Shown here: positions 29,361 through 38,023 of the stretch, piece after piece | How the letters are laid out: each line of letters opens with the position of its first letter | Position numbering within the stretch: position 1 is the stretch's first letter | Source of the DNA: Candidatus Lambdaproteobacteria bacterium RIFOXYD2_FULL_50_16 | GTDB lineage: Bacteria; SAR324; XYD2-FULL-50-16 | Direction: 5' to 3' | NCBI GenBank assembly: GCA_001783695.1 | Contig: MFNE01000006.1 | Span: forward strand, 4,113-68,112 | DNA length: 64,000 nt | Program-made: the position numbers and the translations under genes | Notes under the pieces: model-generated | The model's input: only the letters and a program-made list of their open reading frames with translations | What the model was told of the DNA's origin: nothing | Databases searched by the model: none

Positions 29361-29388
29361 GGGCCCAACCCCTGGGCCTAAGCTTTTT
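29361..29388 (+). terminator. Terminator-like hairpin after the 75-aa ORF
   Basis: GGCCCA/TGGGCC stem with a 5-nt loop, then TAAGC followed by TTTTT. The U-tract is displaced 5 nt from the stem. Confidence 0.4.
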
Positions 29389-29471
29389 GTTGGCAAATCG
29401 ACTAAAGCCCTTTAAACTCGACTTTTCCGAGTGGTAAACGCCCCACGCTCTACAACCTTGCCCGATCCAAA

Positions 29472-30479
29472 ATGAATAAACGAGCTGTCAAGCCCGACTT
29501 CCACAAGGCCTTGAGTGAACCCGGTTTTTATGCCGAGGCAAACCGTCAGGTTAAGTATCAGGAGTCCGATGATTTCTGGGTCTTCAAAACTGGAGACTGG
29601 GTATATAAAGTTAAAAAACGGGAGTCCTCTGCTAGTGGAATCGCCCTAGAAGAAGCCTTTTGCAGCGAAATGGTGGCCCAGGCAGGGCTTCATTCGCCAG
29701 GGTTGGAGACCAGCGTACTCCGTTTGGTAGAGACCGATGGGCACTGGCACTTAAAGGAGTCTGCCCCTTTAAGTGAGGTGCGCTATTTGGTTTTGAAACA
29801 GCGCCAATTGATCGATAAGGGCTTTGTGGACCATATGCTAGAGAAGGGACAGCTAAAGTCCAAGCATGTCGCCCAGATCGCCCAAGCTCTTTGGCGTTTC
29901 CATAGCGCCGAAGGCCCCAAGACCCCCCCTCGCCAGCCTGGTCCCGCTGAGCTACAGCAGGCCTTGGCCAATGGCTTTTATCAGTCGAAAAAATTTTTAG
30001 GGATTGGCCTAACCAAGCCGATGATTGATCGCAGTACTAGGCCTTTGGAAAAATACTTAGAAGATCATAAAAAGATCTTTAACCGGCGACTTAAGCGGGG
30101 GTTTGTGGGGCACTACCACGGGTTAGTTGAACCTCGCAAGATTCATTGGACCCCTCAAGGGGTTAATTTTTTGAATCGGGGTGGAGATCCCATTAAAGAC
30201 CGCCATGGCGACCGCGCTAGTGATCTGGCCCAGTTTATGGCCCATTTGATTCATTTAGGAAAAGACGATCTAGCCCAAGCCTTTTACGCCGAATATTTAG
30301 CTCTCTCGGCAGATAAGGAGTTGGCGGTAGTGATTCCCTTTTATCAAGCCCTATGTTGCTTAAACACTGGCCATAAACACCAGCAAGCCGCAGCCGGGGG
30401 GGAGGCGGACGCCGCCCTAGAAACTCAAAAAGCCAAGGCTTGGTTCGAACAAGTGGTGGCTATTGCCGTCAGTTTATGA
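29472..30479 (+). CDS. Protein-kinase/APH-fold-like protein (COG2187-type N-terminal domain), catalytic motif degenerate
   Basis: 335 aa. 'FWVFKTGDWVYKVKK' resembles the 'WVFLxGDxAYKVKKP' block of that family. The 'HGDLH' position reads 'GHYHGLVEP', and 'DRASDLAQFMAHL' sits at the DxxxDLA block. There is no obvious RBS. Confidence 0.45.
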   Translation: MNKRAVKPDFHKALSEPGFYAEANRQVKYQESDDFWVFKTGDWVYKVKKRESSASGIALEEAFCSEMVAQAGLHSPGLETSVLRLVETDGHWHLKESAPLSEVRYLVLKQRQLIDKGFVDHMLEKGQLKSKHVAQIAQALWRFHSAEGPKTPPRQPGPAELQQALANGFYQSKKFLGIGLTKPMIDRSTRPLEKYLEDHKKIFNRRLKRGFVGHYHGLVEPRKIHWTPQGVNFLNRGGDPIKDRHGDRASDLAQFMAHLIHLGKDDLAQAFYAEYLALSADKELAVVIPFYQALCCLNTGHKHQQAAAGGEADAALETQKAKAWFEQVVAIAVSL

Positions 30480-33241
30480 CCGATTTCATGAAACGATTCC
30501 TATTTGCGGTAACCCTTTTATTTTTAAGCCTAAGCAACCTAAACGCGGAACGCTTTGTCCCTAGTTCGGACCTGATCCCTAAGGTTTTAGAGATGGTCAA
30601 GAGGGGCTATGTTGATCAAGGGCGGGTACAACCCTTGCGGATGCTCGAAGGGGCCCTAGAGCGGGTCTCAGCGACCGTGGCCCCTGTCTTAACCGAAATG
30701 AAGGTGACCGGCGACCAAGTGGTGATCTCGGTTAAGGTCGATAAACACCAAAAGGAAATCAAGTCCAAGGTCCCCAAAACCGTCCGCGACTTAAACCAAC
30801 TACTGCAAGAAGTGGCCGACTTTATCAAAGGCCACCTCGATCGTGACGAAAGCCTTGAAGAGGTGGACTACGCCTTGATCAACGGTTTCTTAAAGAAACT
30901 TGATCCTCATACCACACTTTTAGTCCCAGAGGTTTATTCGGACTTTTCCACCAGTACCAGCGGCAACTTCGGTGGGGTGGGGATGATGATTGGCCTACGT
31001 GATGGAGAGCTAACCGTCATCAGCCCCATCGACGGCACCCCCGCCAGCCGGGCCGGGTTGCAAGCAAAAGACAAAGTGGTACAAATCGACGACGAATCTA
31101 CCATAAACATGGCCCTGCCCGATGCGGTTAAAAAACTGCGCGGAGAGGCGGGCACGGAGGTGGTGATTTATATAATGCGCAAAGGCTTTAATGAACCCAA
31201 ACGGGTGCCCATTATCCGCGACATCATCAAGATCAATTCGGTTGAATCAGAGGTGTTTACCAAGGGCAAGGACCGGGTGGGTTACATCCAGATCAAAACC
31301 TTTGGTAAAAATACGGACATTGAACTCGATCAAGCTTTGGAGGACATGGATTATGACCTCAAAACCTTCAAGGGCTTAATCCTCGATTTACGAAACAACC
31401 CTGGGGGGCTTTTAAGCCAAGCCATTAAAGTTTCGGATCGGTTTTTAAACGCAGGTGTGATTGTTTCTACGGCGGGGCTTGATTCGGATTCCAAACAGTC
31501 CTTCGAGGCGCATTGGTTTTCGACGTTAAACGAAATGCCCCTGATTGTTTTAATCAATCACGGGTCCGCTTCAGCTTCAGAGATTGTTACCGCAGCGCTT
31601 AAAAAAAATAAGAGGGCGTTAATTATGGGCAGTACCAGCTTTGGCAAGGGCTCGGTGCAGCAGGTGATCCCCCTAAAGGGGGGCTCGGCCCTAAAGATGA
31701 CCACAAGCAAGTATTTAACCCCCGGCGATATCTCGATCCAATCAGTTGGAGTGAGCCCCCATATTGAGGTGGTACCTTATTTTATCGACCAAGACTTTTT
31801 GCGGGTGACCCCGCAATCGAATGACAATGGTGAAGACAGTTTAGAGGAAAACTTCGAAGAATGGGGCGACCGCGACAAGGCCGAAAAGCCGGAGCTGTCT
31901 GCTTTTTACCTCTATGAAGATGAAGAAAAGGCCAAAGCCCAAGCTAAGTCCGCCGAAAATGGGGAAGACAACCCTGACGACGAAGAACAAGACGACAGCA
32001 AAAAGGCTCGGCTAGAACGCCTTAACAAAGATTTTTTAGTGCAGTCGAGTTTGGAGATTTTGGTAAAAAATAAATCGACCAATTTTGCGGGACTGATCAA
32101 GGAAGCAAACGGCTATATGACCGCCGAAGAAAAGGCCCAAGAGGCCAAGATGATCGAGCGGTTTAAAAAATTCGACGCCCCCTGGGCACAACTACCGGCG
32201 AAAGGTAAACCCAAACTGGTGGCCAAGTCTTGGGTTGAGATTGAAAAGGACAAAAAGTGGGTCAAATTAGATGGCCCTGTTCCTGCGGATTCCCAGATTC
32301 GTTTGTATTTAGAGGTAGAAAACCAAGGCGGAGGGACCACCGGCAGGCTGGTTGCGACGACCCACTCCAAAAATCCAGTTTTTGACGATCGCCAATTGGC
32401 CTTTGGCAGTTTGGCCGAGAAAAAAAGCCGAGTTTGGTTTCTACCGATTCGTATCTCGACCTCGTCTTTGACCCGTAACGACCTAATCAATTTCGACCTG
32501 ACCGACCTTTCAGACAAGGTTTTAGCCAGTCACCAAATGGCTTTGATCATTCAAGAGAAGCCGATGCCCCGGTTTGACTATCAACTACGGTTTTTAGACA
32601 ACAACGATAAAGGGGCGGCGGGCAATAAAAACGGAATTATGGAGCCCGGCGAGACCATCGCAGTCGAGGTGACCGTCAAAAACAACGGAGTAGGCGCCTC
32701 GGGCAAATTAAGTTTGCTGTTTAAAAACGGCGAGGGAGAGCGGGTCTTTTTGAAAAATGGACGACTAACCTTGGAGCCTTTGGCTCCAGGGCAAGGGTCC
32801 AAGGCTTTGTTTTTATTTGAATATAGGGGCAAACCCTTAGACGGCAAGCTGGACTTCTCTTTTGATCTCCTAGATTCAACCTATCCTTTAAGCTCCATCA
32901 GTCACAAGCTTAAGGTGCCGGTTGAGGAAAAGGAATATGCCCTGCAAAATCAACTACCCCAAATCACTATCGAAAATCCAGTTTGGACCTCTAAGAGCCG
33001 TAAGCTGACCTTTGTGGGCAAGGTTTCTGACGATTCAGGGGTTAAGGATCTTTACTTGTTTAACAAAAACAAAAAGATCTACTATAAAAATTTCAGTGAG
33101 CTCAAGGACCGCAAACAAGTCGAGTTTGAAGTGAATTTGGAGCTAAGCGACGAAGACAATCGAATAATTTTGGTGAGTCGTGATCAAGCAAACGTGTCCG
33201 GGCAAAAGACAGTCTATATCCGCTATGAAGGACCGAAATAG
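30476..33241 (+). CDS. Large secreted S41 (C-terminal processing, PDZ-containing) serine peptidase with Ig-like C-terminal repeats
   Basis: ATG 30476 overlaps the upstream stop (ATGA); ATG 30488 is also possible. Signal peptide 'LSLSNLNAE', PDZ 'GGVGMMIG...SPIDGTPASRAGL', Ser/Lys dyad context 'HGSASASEI' and 'TSFGKGSVQQ'. An acidic linker is followed by CARDB-like beta domains. Confidence 0.85.
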   Translation: MTDFMKRFLFAVTLLFLSLSNLNAERFVPSSDLIPKVLEMVKRGYVDQGRVQPLRMLEGALERVSATVAPVLTEMKVTGDQVVISVKVDKHQKEIKSKVPKTVRDLNQLLQEVADFIKGHLDRDESLEEVDYALINGFLKKLDPHTTLLVPEVYSDFSTSTSGNFGGVGMMIGLRDGELTVISPIDGTPASRAGLQAKDKVVQIDDESTINMALPDAVKKLRGEAGTEVVIYIMRKGFNEPKRVPIIRDIIKINSVESEVFTKGKDRVGYIQIKTFGKNTDIELDQALEDMDYDLKTFKGLILDLRNNPGGLLSQAIKVSDRFLNAGVIVSTAGLDSDSKQSFEAHWFSTLNEMPLIVLINHGSASASEIVTAALKKNKRALIMGSTSFGKGSVQQVIPLKGGSALKMTTSKYLTPGDISIQSVGVSPHIEVVPYFIDQDFLRVTPQSNDNGEDSLEENFEEWGDRDKAEKPELSAFYLYEDEEKAKAQAKSAENGEDNPDDEEQDDSKKARLERLNKDFLVQSSLEILVKNKSTNFAGLIKEANGYMTAEEKAQEAKMIERFKKFDAPWAQLPAKGKPKLVAKSWVEIEKDKKWVKLDGPVPADSQIRLYLEVENQGGGTTGRLVATTHSKNPVFDDRQLAFGSLAEKKSRVWFLPIRISTSSLTRNDLINFDLTDLSDKVLASHQMALIIQEKPMPRFDYQLRFLDNNDKGAAGNKNGIMEPGETIAVEVTVKNNGVGASGKLSLLFKNGEGERVFLKNGRLTLEPLAPGQGSKALFLFEYRGKPLDGKLDFSFDLLDSTYPLSSISHKLKVPVEEKEYALQNQLPQITIENPVWTSKSRKLTFVGKVSDDSGVKDLYLFNKNKKIYYKNFSELKDRKQVEFEVNLELSDEDNRIILVSRDQANVSGQKTVYIRYEGPK

Positions 33242-33369
33242 TTGCTTTTTGTTGCTGATGCTGATAACGTCCCCTGAAACTTCGAATTTCGTGTCCCCCT
33301 GGGCTTGTGCCGAGAGAGGGCACCAGAGTAAGTTAGGACCAATGCCAGTTAACGACCATAGGAGCTAAG

Positions 33370-35199
33370 ATGGCACGCGAAACTTTCACCCGAGGACCGA
33401 ACTATGTGCATCCAGAAAAGGCCAGTGCCGTAGGCTCAAGGAACAGTCTAAATCGGGAGAACCGCAACGAGTACGAGGAGGCTAAACAGATTATCGACGA
33501 GGAAGTGGATAAAATTATCAACCACATCCACGCCAAGCTGCCTCCTGAGGTTTTAGAGCGATTAGACGTGATGGGTTCGATTAAGTCGAAGCTTCACAAC
33601 TATTTCAACCAAGACTTCCAGAACATGCTAAACCGCTATATCGTCACGATGGAAGACGAAATGGCGAAAAAGTTCCGCGACTTGGTGGATAAGGAAGAAA
33701 ACCGGGCTCTGTCTAAATACACCCCAAGGGGGATTACTGACATTTTGGAGCGCATCGGCGTTGCGGACAACCTCAACACCGCCGAGATCGAACGCAGCAT
33801 CGTTGATATGTACGGCCATTTACAAGGCCATATCGAACGGGGCGTGCGCGACCTCGAATCGCACACCAACGCCTTATTACGCGAAAAGTCGGATGTGGGG
33901 GCCTTTGTTCGGGGGGATAACAGCTACGCCATTGTTAAATGCAGCTTCCGCGACAACAAAAAGCGACCGAAGACGGTGATGGACCTTAAACTGTCCATCT
34001 CTATCTTGGATTCGGAATTGATCAGCCCGATCTATCATTATCAAGTGCCCGTGACCAGCTTGATCAAAGACGTGGTCGCAAAAAATATTCACCACTTGAT
34101 CGACGCCGAGATCGACCGGGTTAGTGCTGAGCGGGTTGAAGCCAATTCAGAACCCTTGGGAGATCAAGACAAACTCTTTGAAAAATTCAAGGTATTAGAC
34201 AAATACGTCAGCGACGAGGACGAAGAAGTTCGCTACCAGTTTGTGGCCAAGCGTTTCTTGGACGCGGTTGACGGTATTGGTGCCGAGATTGATGGCCAAG
34301 ACTACGACGCCTTGGGTATCCGCGAAAACATTAAAAAGATTATCGATAACCAAAACATCCGCAACCGCGGTTTTAATACCTCGGTTAACGCCATTACCGG
34401 TATCTTGGACAACAGCCGGATGGGTTATCAGTTTATCGAAAACTACAAAAACGCCCGCGAATGTGTGATCCGCGAGTATGAAGACGAGTCCGAATCTCGG
34501 TTGCCTGACGAAAGGTACTCGATTCGGCTGGCTTATTACGACCAAGAACAACTCCTGTCTTTGCGCGAAGCCTATCTAAAGCAGGTCGAAGAATTGGACC
34601 GCGAGGTGCAACATCTTTGGGACGTGTGTGATGGCATTTACCGCTCTGACCGCAAGGAAAAGGGGTATGACGACTGGGAAACCTTAAGCGAGAAAATGCT
34701 TTCGGGTGCAGCTTCGGCTCCTGAATCAGGCAAACGGGGCGCACCCCAGTCTGAAGTGGCCAAACCAGAACCGGTTAAAGACGAAGCCGAGACCCGCTGG
34801 AACGAGATCAGTTTTATCGCCCCCGACCCTACCACGGTAGATGAGAAAAACCCGACCTTAGAGCATAAGCTGCAAGAGGTTTCCAACCGCTTCCCCTTGA
34901 TGACCGAAAAAATGGTGAAGGTCTTCCATGACCAAAACCATGAGGTCCGCCAGGTGGTGGAGAAACGGTTGTCTTTCTTAAAGGGGCAATTCGAGGAATT
35001 CCATAACCAGATCAACCCCTTCCATATTCAGCCGGGGCTTTTGTTAGACATTGACATCGTTAGTATCAAAAAGAAGCAAACGACCATGAAAAACATGTCT
35101 AACGTGATCAATGAGTTCCTTTATTCGGTCTCCAAAGGATTTTCAGATGAAATCTTTTTAGGGGCCAATGACCAGGGAAACTTTACTCTGGCCTCTTAA
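33370..35199 (+). CDS. Hypothetical 609-aa soluble, highly charged protein; no family recognised
   Basis: AGGAG (33360-33364) lies 5 nt upstream of the ATG. Long uninterrupted ORF followed by a strong hairpin. I found no signal peptide, TM helix, P-loop or catalytic motif. Confidence 0.6.
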   Translation: MARETFTRGPNYVHPEKASAVGSRNSLNRENRNEYEEAKQIIDEEVDKIINHIHAKLPPEVLERLDVMGSIKSKLHNYFNQDFQNMLNRYIVTMEDEMAKKFRDLVDKEENRALSKYTPRGITDILERIGVADNLNTAEIERSIVDMYGHLQGHIERGVRDLESHTNALLREKSDVGAFVRGDNSYAIVKCSFRDNKKRPKTVMDLKLSISILDSELISPIYHYQVPVTSLIKDVVAKNIHHLIDAEIDRVSAERVEANSEPLGDQDKLFEKFKVLDKYVSDEDEEVRYQFVAKRFLDAVDGIGAEIDGQDYDALGIRENIKKIIDNQNIRNRGFNTSVNAITGILDNSRMGYQFIENYKNARECVIREYEDESESRLPDERYSIRLAYYDQEQLLSLREAYLKQVEELDREVQHLWDVCDGIYRSDRKEKGYDDWETLSEKMLSGAASAPESGKRGAPQSEVAKPEPVKDEAETRWNEISFIAPDPTTVDEKNPTLEHKLQEVSNRFPLMTEKMVKVFHDQNHEVRQVVEKRLSFLKGQFEEFHNQINPFHIQPGLLLDIDIVSIKKKQTTMKNMSNVINEFLYSVSKGFSDEIFLGANDQGNFTLAS

Positions 35200-35229
35200 C
35201 GATTTAAACACCGCCTGACCAAAACAAAC

Positions 35230-35266
35230 ACCCCCTTGAGCCCTTTCATTAGGGTTTAAAGGGGGT
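35230..35266 (+). terminator. Long hairpin after the 609-aa gene (terminator candidate)
   Basis: Outer stem ACCCCCTT/AAGGGGGT and inner stem AGCCCT/AGGGTT with a 6-nt loop, followed by CTTTCGTCTTCC (a weak U-tract). Confidence 0.45.
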
Positions 35267-35282
35267 CTTTCGTCTTCCTCGC

Positions 35283-36239
35283 ATGTACGTTTTAGAATTC
35301 GAAAAGCCCATTATTGCGCTCCGTAGCAAAATCGCCGAGCTTCAAGCTATGCACGAAGCGGGAGAGGTGGATGTTACCGACGAAATCAAGAAATTAGAGC
35401 AAAAAGCGGCTAAATTAGAGACGAATACCTACAAACACCTGGGCGACTGGGAAAAAACCTTGCTCGCTAGGCACCCCTTACGGCCCTATACGCTCGATTT
35501 TATCGAACATTGTACCACCGGCTTTGAAGAACTACACGGTGACCGGCATTTTCGCGATGACCCCAGTATTGTAGGGGGCATCTGCAAAATTGATAAACAT
35601 CCCTTTATGGTGATTGGCCACCAAAAAGGTCGCAACACTGCCGAAAACGTTTTGCGAAACTTCGGCATGCCCCATCCAGAGGGCTACCGAAAGGCATTGC
35701 GTTTGATGAAATTGGCCGAGAAGTTTGGGATGCCGATCCTGACCTTGATCGACACCCCAGGGGCCTATCCTGGCTTGGGTGCCGAAGAAAGGGGGCAGTC
35801 CGAAGCGATTGCTGTAAATTTACGCGAAATGGCGGCCTTAAAGGTGCCGGTGATCGCGGTGGTGACCGGGGAAGGCGGTTCTGGTGGGGCCTTGGCCTTG
35901 GGTGTGGCCAACCGGGTGTTGATGTTTGAGCATTCGATTTATTCGGTGATCTCTCCAGAAGGTTGTGCCTCCATCCTCTACGGGGATGGCAGCCGCGCCC
36001 AAGAAGCGGCGCAGAACCTTAAATACGTGGCGCGGGAACTCTCCAAATTGGGTATTATCGACGGGATTATCAAAGAACCGATCGGTGGGGCGCACGCTAA
36101 ACCAGAAGAGGCTCTGGATAATCTAAAGGCTGAGGTTTTAAAAAACCTTAAAGATCTCAAGAAGCTTAATCCAGAAGCGCTGGTGGAAGATCGCTGGGAA
36201 AAGTTCCGCCAGATTGGGGTTTTTGCCGAGTCCCGCTAA
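35283..36239 (+). CDS. accA: Acetyl-CoA carboxylase carboxyltransferase alpha subunit
   Basis: 318 aa. 'LIDTPGAYPGLGAEERGQSEAIA', 'GEGGSGGALALGV'. Confidence 0.95.
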   Translation: MYVLEFEKPIIALRSKIAELQAMHEAGEVDVTDEIKKLEQKAAKLETNTYKHLGDWEKTLLARHPLRPYTLDFIEHCTTGFEELHGDRHFRDDPSIVGGICKIDKHPFMVIGHQKGRNTAENVLRNFGMPHPEGYRKALRLMKLAEKFGMPILTLIDTPGAYPGLGAEERGQSEAIAVNLREMAALKVPVIAVVTGEGGSGGALALGVANRVLMFEHSIYSVISPEGCASILYGDGSRAQEAAQNLKYVARELSKLGIIDGIIKEPIGGAHAKPEEALDNLKAEVLKNLKDLKKLNPEALVEDRWEKFRQIGVFAESR

Positions 36240-37550
36240 ATGGCAGGGCTGTTTATCTGCCAGCAGGAGATCGCCTATATAAGCCCAGGGCTGGAGCTGC
36301 GCCACCGGCGAAGCGGAATATGGCCCCAAGACTTGGCCGAGTTTGCCAAACGGCTGTCTAGTCATCCCTTACCTGATAAAAAAATCCATCTGGTCCTTGA
36401 CCAAAGTCTGCTCCACTTCCAGTCGCTAGTTTTGCCCTGGGTGCCTACCCGCAAGCTTAAACCGCTCCTCCGCTTTGAACTAGAAAACCATTTTTTAGGG
36501 GACTTGAATCAATTCACGCTGGTCCACCAAGCGAGGCCCAACAAAGTGAGGGGGCAGGTACGGTTGCAGGTTTTTGGGATCGAAACCAATTTGTTGTCCC
36601 AGATTAAAGAAGCGTTGACCGAGTTAGGGTTCGAAGTGGGGCAGGTTTTGGCCTTAGAAAACCTATTAAGCTTAGTCGCGCAATCCCCGACCAGTCCAGA
36701 TTTTAGGACCCATCTGGTTTTCGAGCCTGGGCTTGCCCGGATATTTTGTTTTGAAGAGGGTTTTTTAAGCAGCGTCACCACGCTACCCCAATCGCAGAAA
36801 TATCCAGAATCCTGGTTGCCTAAGATCAACGGGGTTTTACGGGCTCTGGCGCTTAATCAAAAGGAAAAATCCACCTTAACCCTGGAGCGCAGTGCCAAAC
36901 TCGCTTATGTGGCCCTAGCGGATTTTCAGATTGAGGCCCGACCTGATCCGCCAACCCAACCCCTGCCTTTTACCGCGCAAAATTTTTTGCTTGAACCCAC
37001 TTGGTTGCGCTCCAAGGGGCTTTTGCCCATCGAAGAGCGGCGGGCTGCCCTTTTAAGTGAGTGGAACAAACACAAAGGGGCGCTTAAAAAAACCGGGACT
37101 TTAGCCGCCTGTTTGGCGCTGGTGTGGGCTTTGGGTTTGGGCTTGTCCTTATTTGACGGGTCTAAACGGGTGACCAGGTTAGAGGCCCAACTCGCCCAAA
37201 CGGCCAGCCTATATCTTCCCCAAGTGCCCCCTGCGCAAGCCTTAAAGATTCTTAAACAAAGGGTTAGCGCCGAGAGCGGCGCTCCAGTGCTAGCCTATCC
37301 CTACGCCACTGGGCTAGCAGGACTTTCTAAGATTAAAGAGCAAGCCCCCAGTTTGCAATTGTCCCGACTTTCAGCCAAAGGGAGGGACTGGACTTTTATT
37401 GGTAAAACCGGTCAAGCCCAAGATTTTGAAACCACCAAAACCGAGTTGTCTAAGTTATTTCCAGCCCCTGACTACGTGATGACCTTGAGCCAAAAAGCCC
37501 AAGGTGAAGGCGAGGTGAGCTTTTCGGTGACCATAAAGGGGGGGCGGTGA
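36240..37550 (+). CDS. GspL-like bitopic membrane protein (cytoplasmic actin-like domain + TM + periplasmic domain)
   Basis: 436 aa. 'IHLVLDQSLLHFQSLVLPWVPTRKLKPLLRFELENHF' resembles the GspL/PilM N-terminal block. One TM at about aa 286-305, then a periplasmic tail of about 130 aa. The call rests on architecture. Confidence 0.5.
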   Translation: MAGLFICQQEIAYISPGLELRHRRSGIWPQDLAEFAKRLSSHPLPDKKIHLVLDQSLLHFQSLVLPWVPTRKLKPLLRFELENHFLGDLNQFTLVHQARPNKVRGQVRLQVFGIETNLLSQIKEALTELGFEVGQVLALENLLSLVAQSPTSPDFRTHLVFEPGLARIFCFEEGFLSSVTTLPQSQKYPESWLPKINGVLRALALNQKEKSTLTLERSAKLAYVALADFQIEARPDPPTQPLPFTAQNFLLEPTWLRSKGLLPIEERRAALLSEWNKHKGALKKTGTLAACLALVWALGLGLSLFDGSKRVTRLEAQLAQTASLYLPQVPPAQALKILKQRVSAESGAPVLAYPYATGLAGLSKIKEQAPSLQLSRLSAKGRDWTFIGKTGQAQDFETTKTELSKLFPAPDYVMTLSQKAQGEGEVSFSVTIKGGR

Positions 37551-38023
37551 TCGATCGATTAAATCCCAGGGAGCGGCGGTTGTTGATGTTAGCCGCTTTG
37601 ATTTTGATCCCATTGATCTTAATTCGCTTATTGGTCCTTCCCCTGACCCAAGCCCAAGACCGGCAGGCCAAAAAAAGTAAGGAGTTAGAATCACAGATTC
37701 AGCAGATAGAAACCTTAGGTCCGCAATTGGCCGCCCAAGGGAGTTTAGCCGGTCCGAGCCCCGAGGGTTTGACCGCTCGGCTTAGCCGAGTGATGAAAAA
37801 AACCGGGGTTATCGAGCGGGCTAGTTTGGTTTCTCAAAACACCCCTGGAGCCGCTCAAAGCTTATTGGTCCAACTAGACGGCTTAACCCTGACCGAGATG
37901 GCCCAAACCGTTTATCAAATCGAACATTTACAGCCACGGGTTTTAATCGAAAACCTAGACCTGCAAAAAAGCTTTCAAAACGAAAAACGGCTAAAACTGG
38001 CGCTCTTGGTTTCCTCAAAATGA
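37547..38023 (+). CDS. GspM/PilO-like bitopic membrane protein
   Basis: 158 aa. 'LNPRERRLLMLAALILIPLIL' (short cytoplasmic N-terminus plus TM), a coiled coil and a small periplasmic domain. 4-nt overlap with the upstream gene. Confidence 0.45.
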   Translation: MIDRLNPRERRLLMLAALILIPLILIRLLVLPLTQAQDRQAKKSKELESQIQQIETLGPQLAAQGSLAGPSPEGLTARLSRVMKKTGVIERASLVSQNTPGAAQSLLVQLDGLTLTEMAQTVYQIEHLQPRVLIENLDLQKSFQNEKRLKLALLVSSK

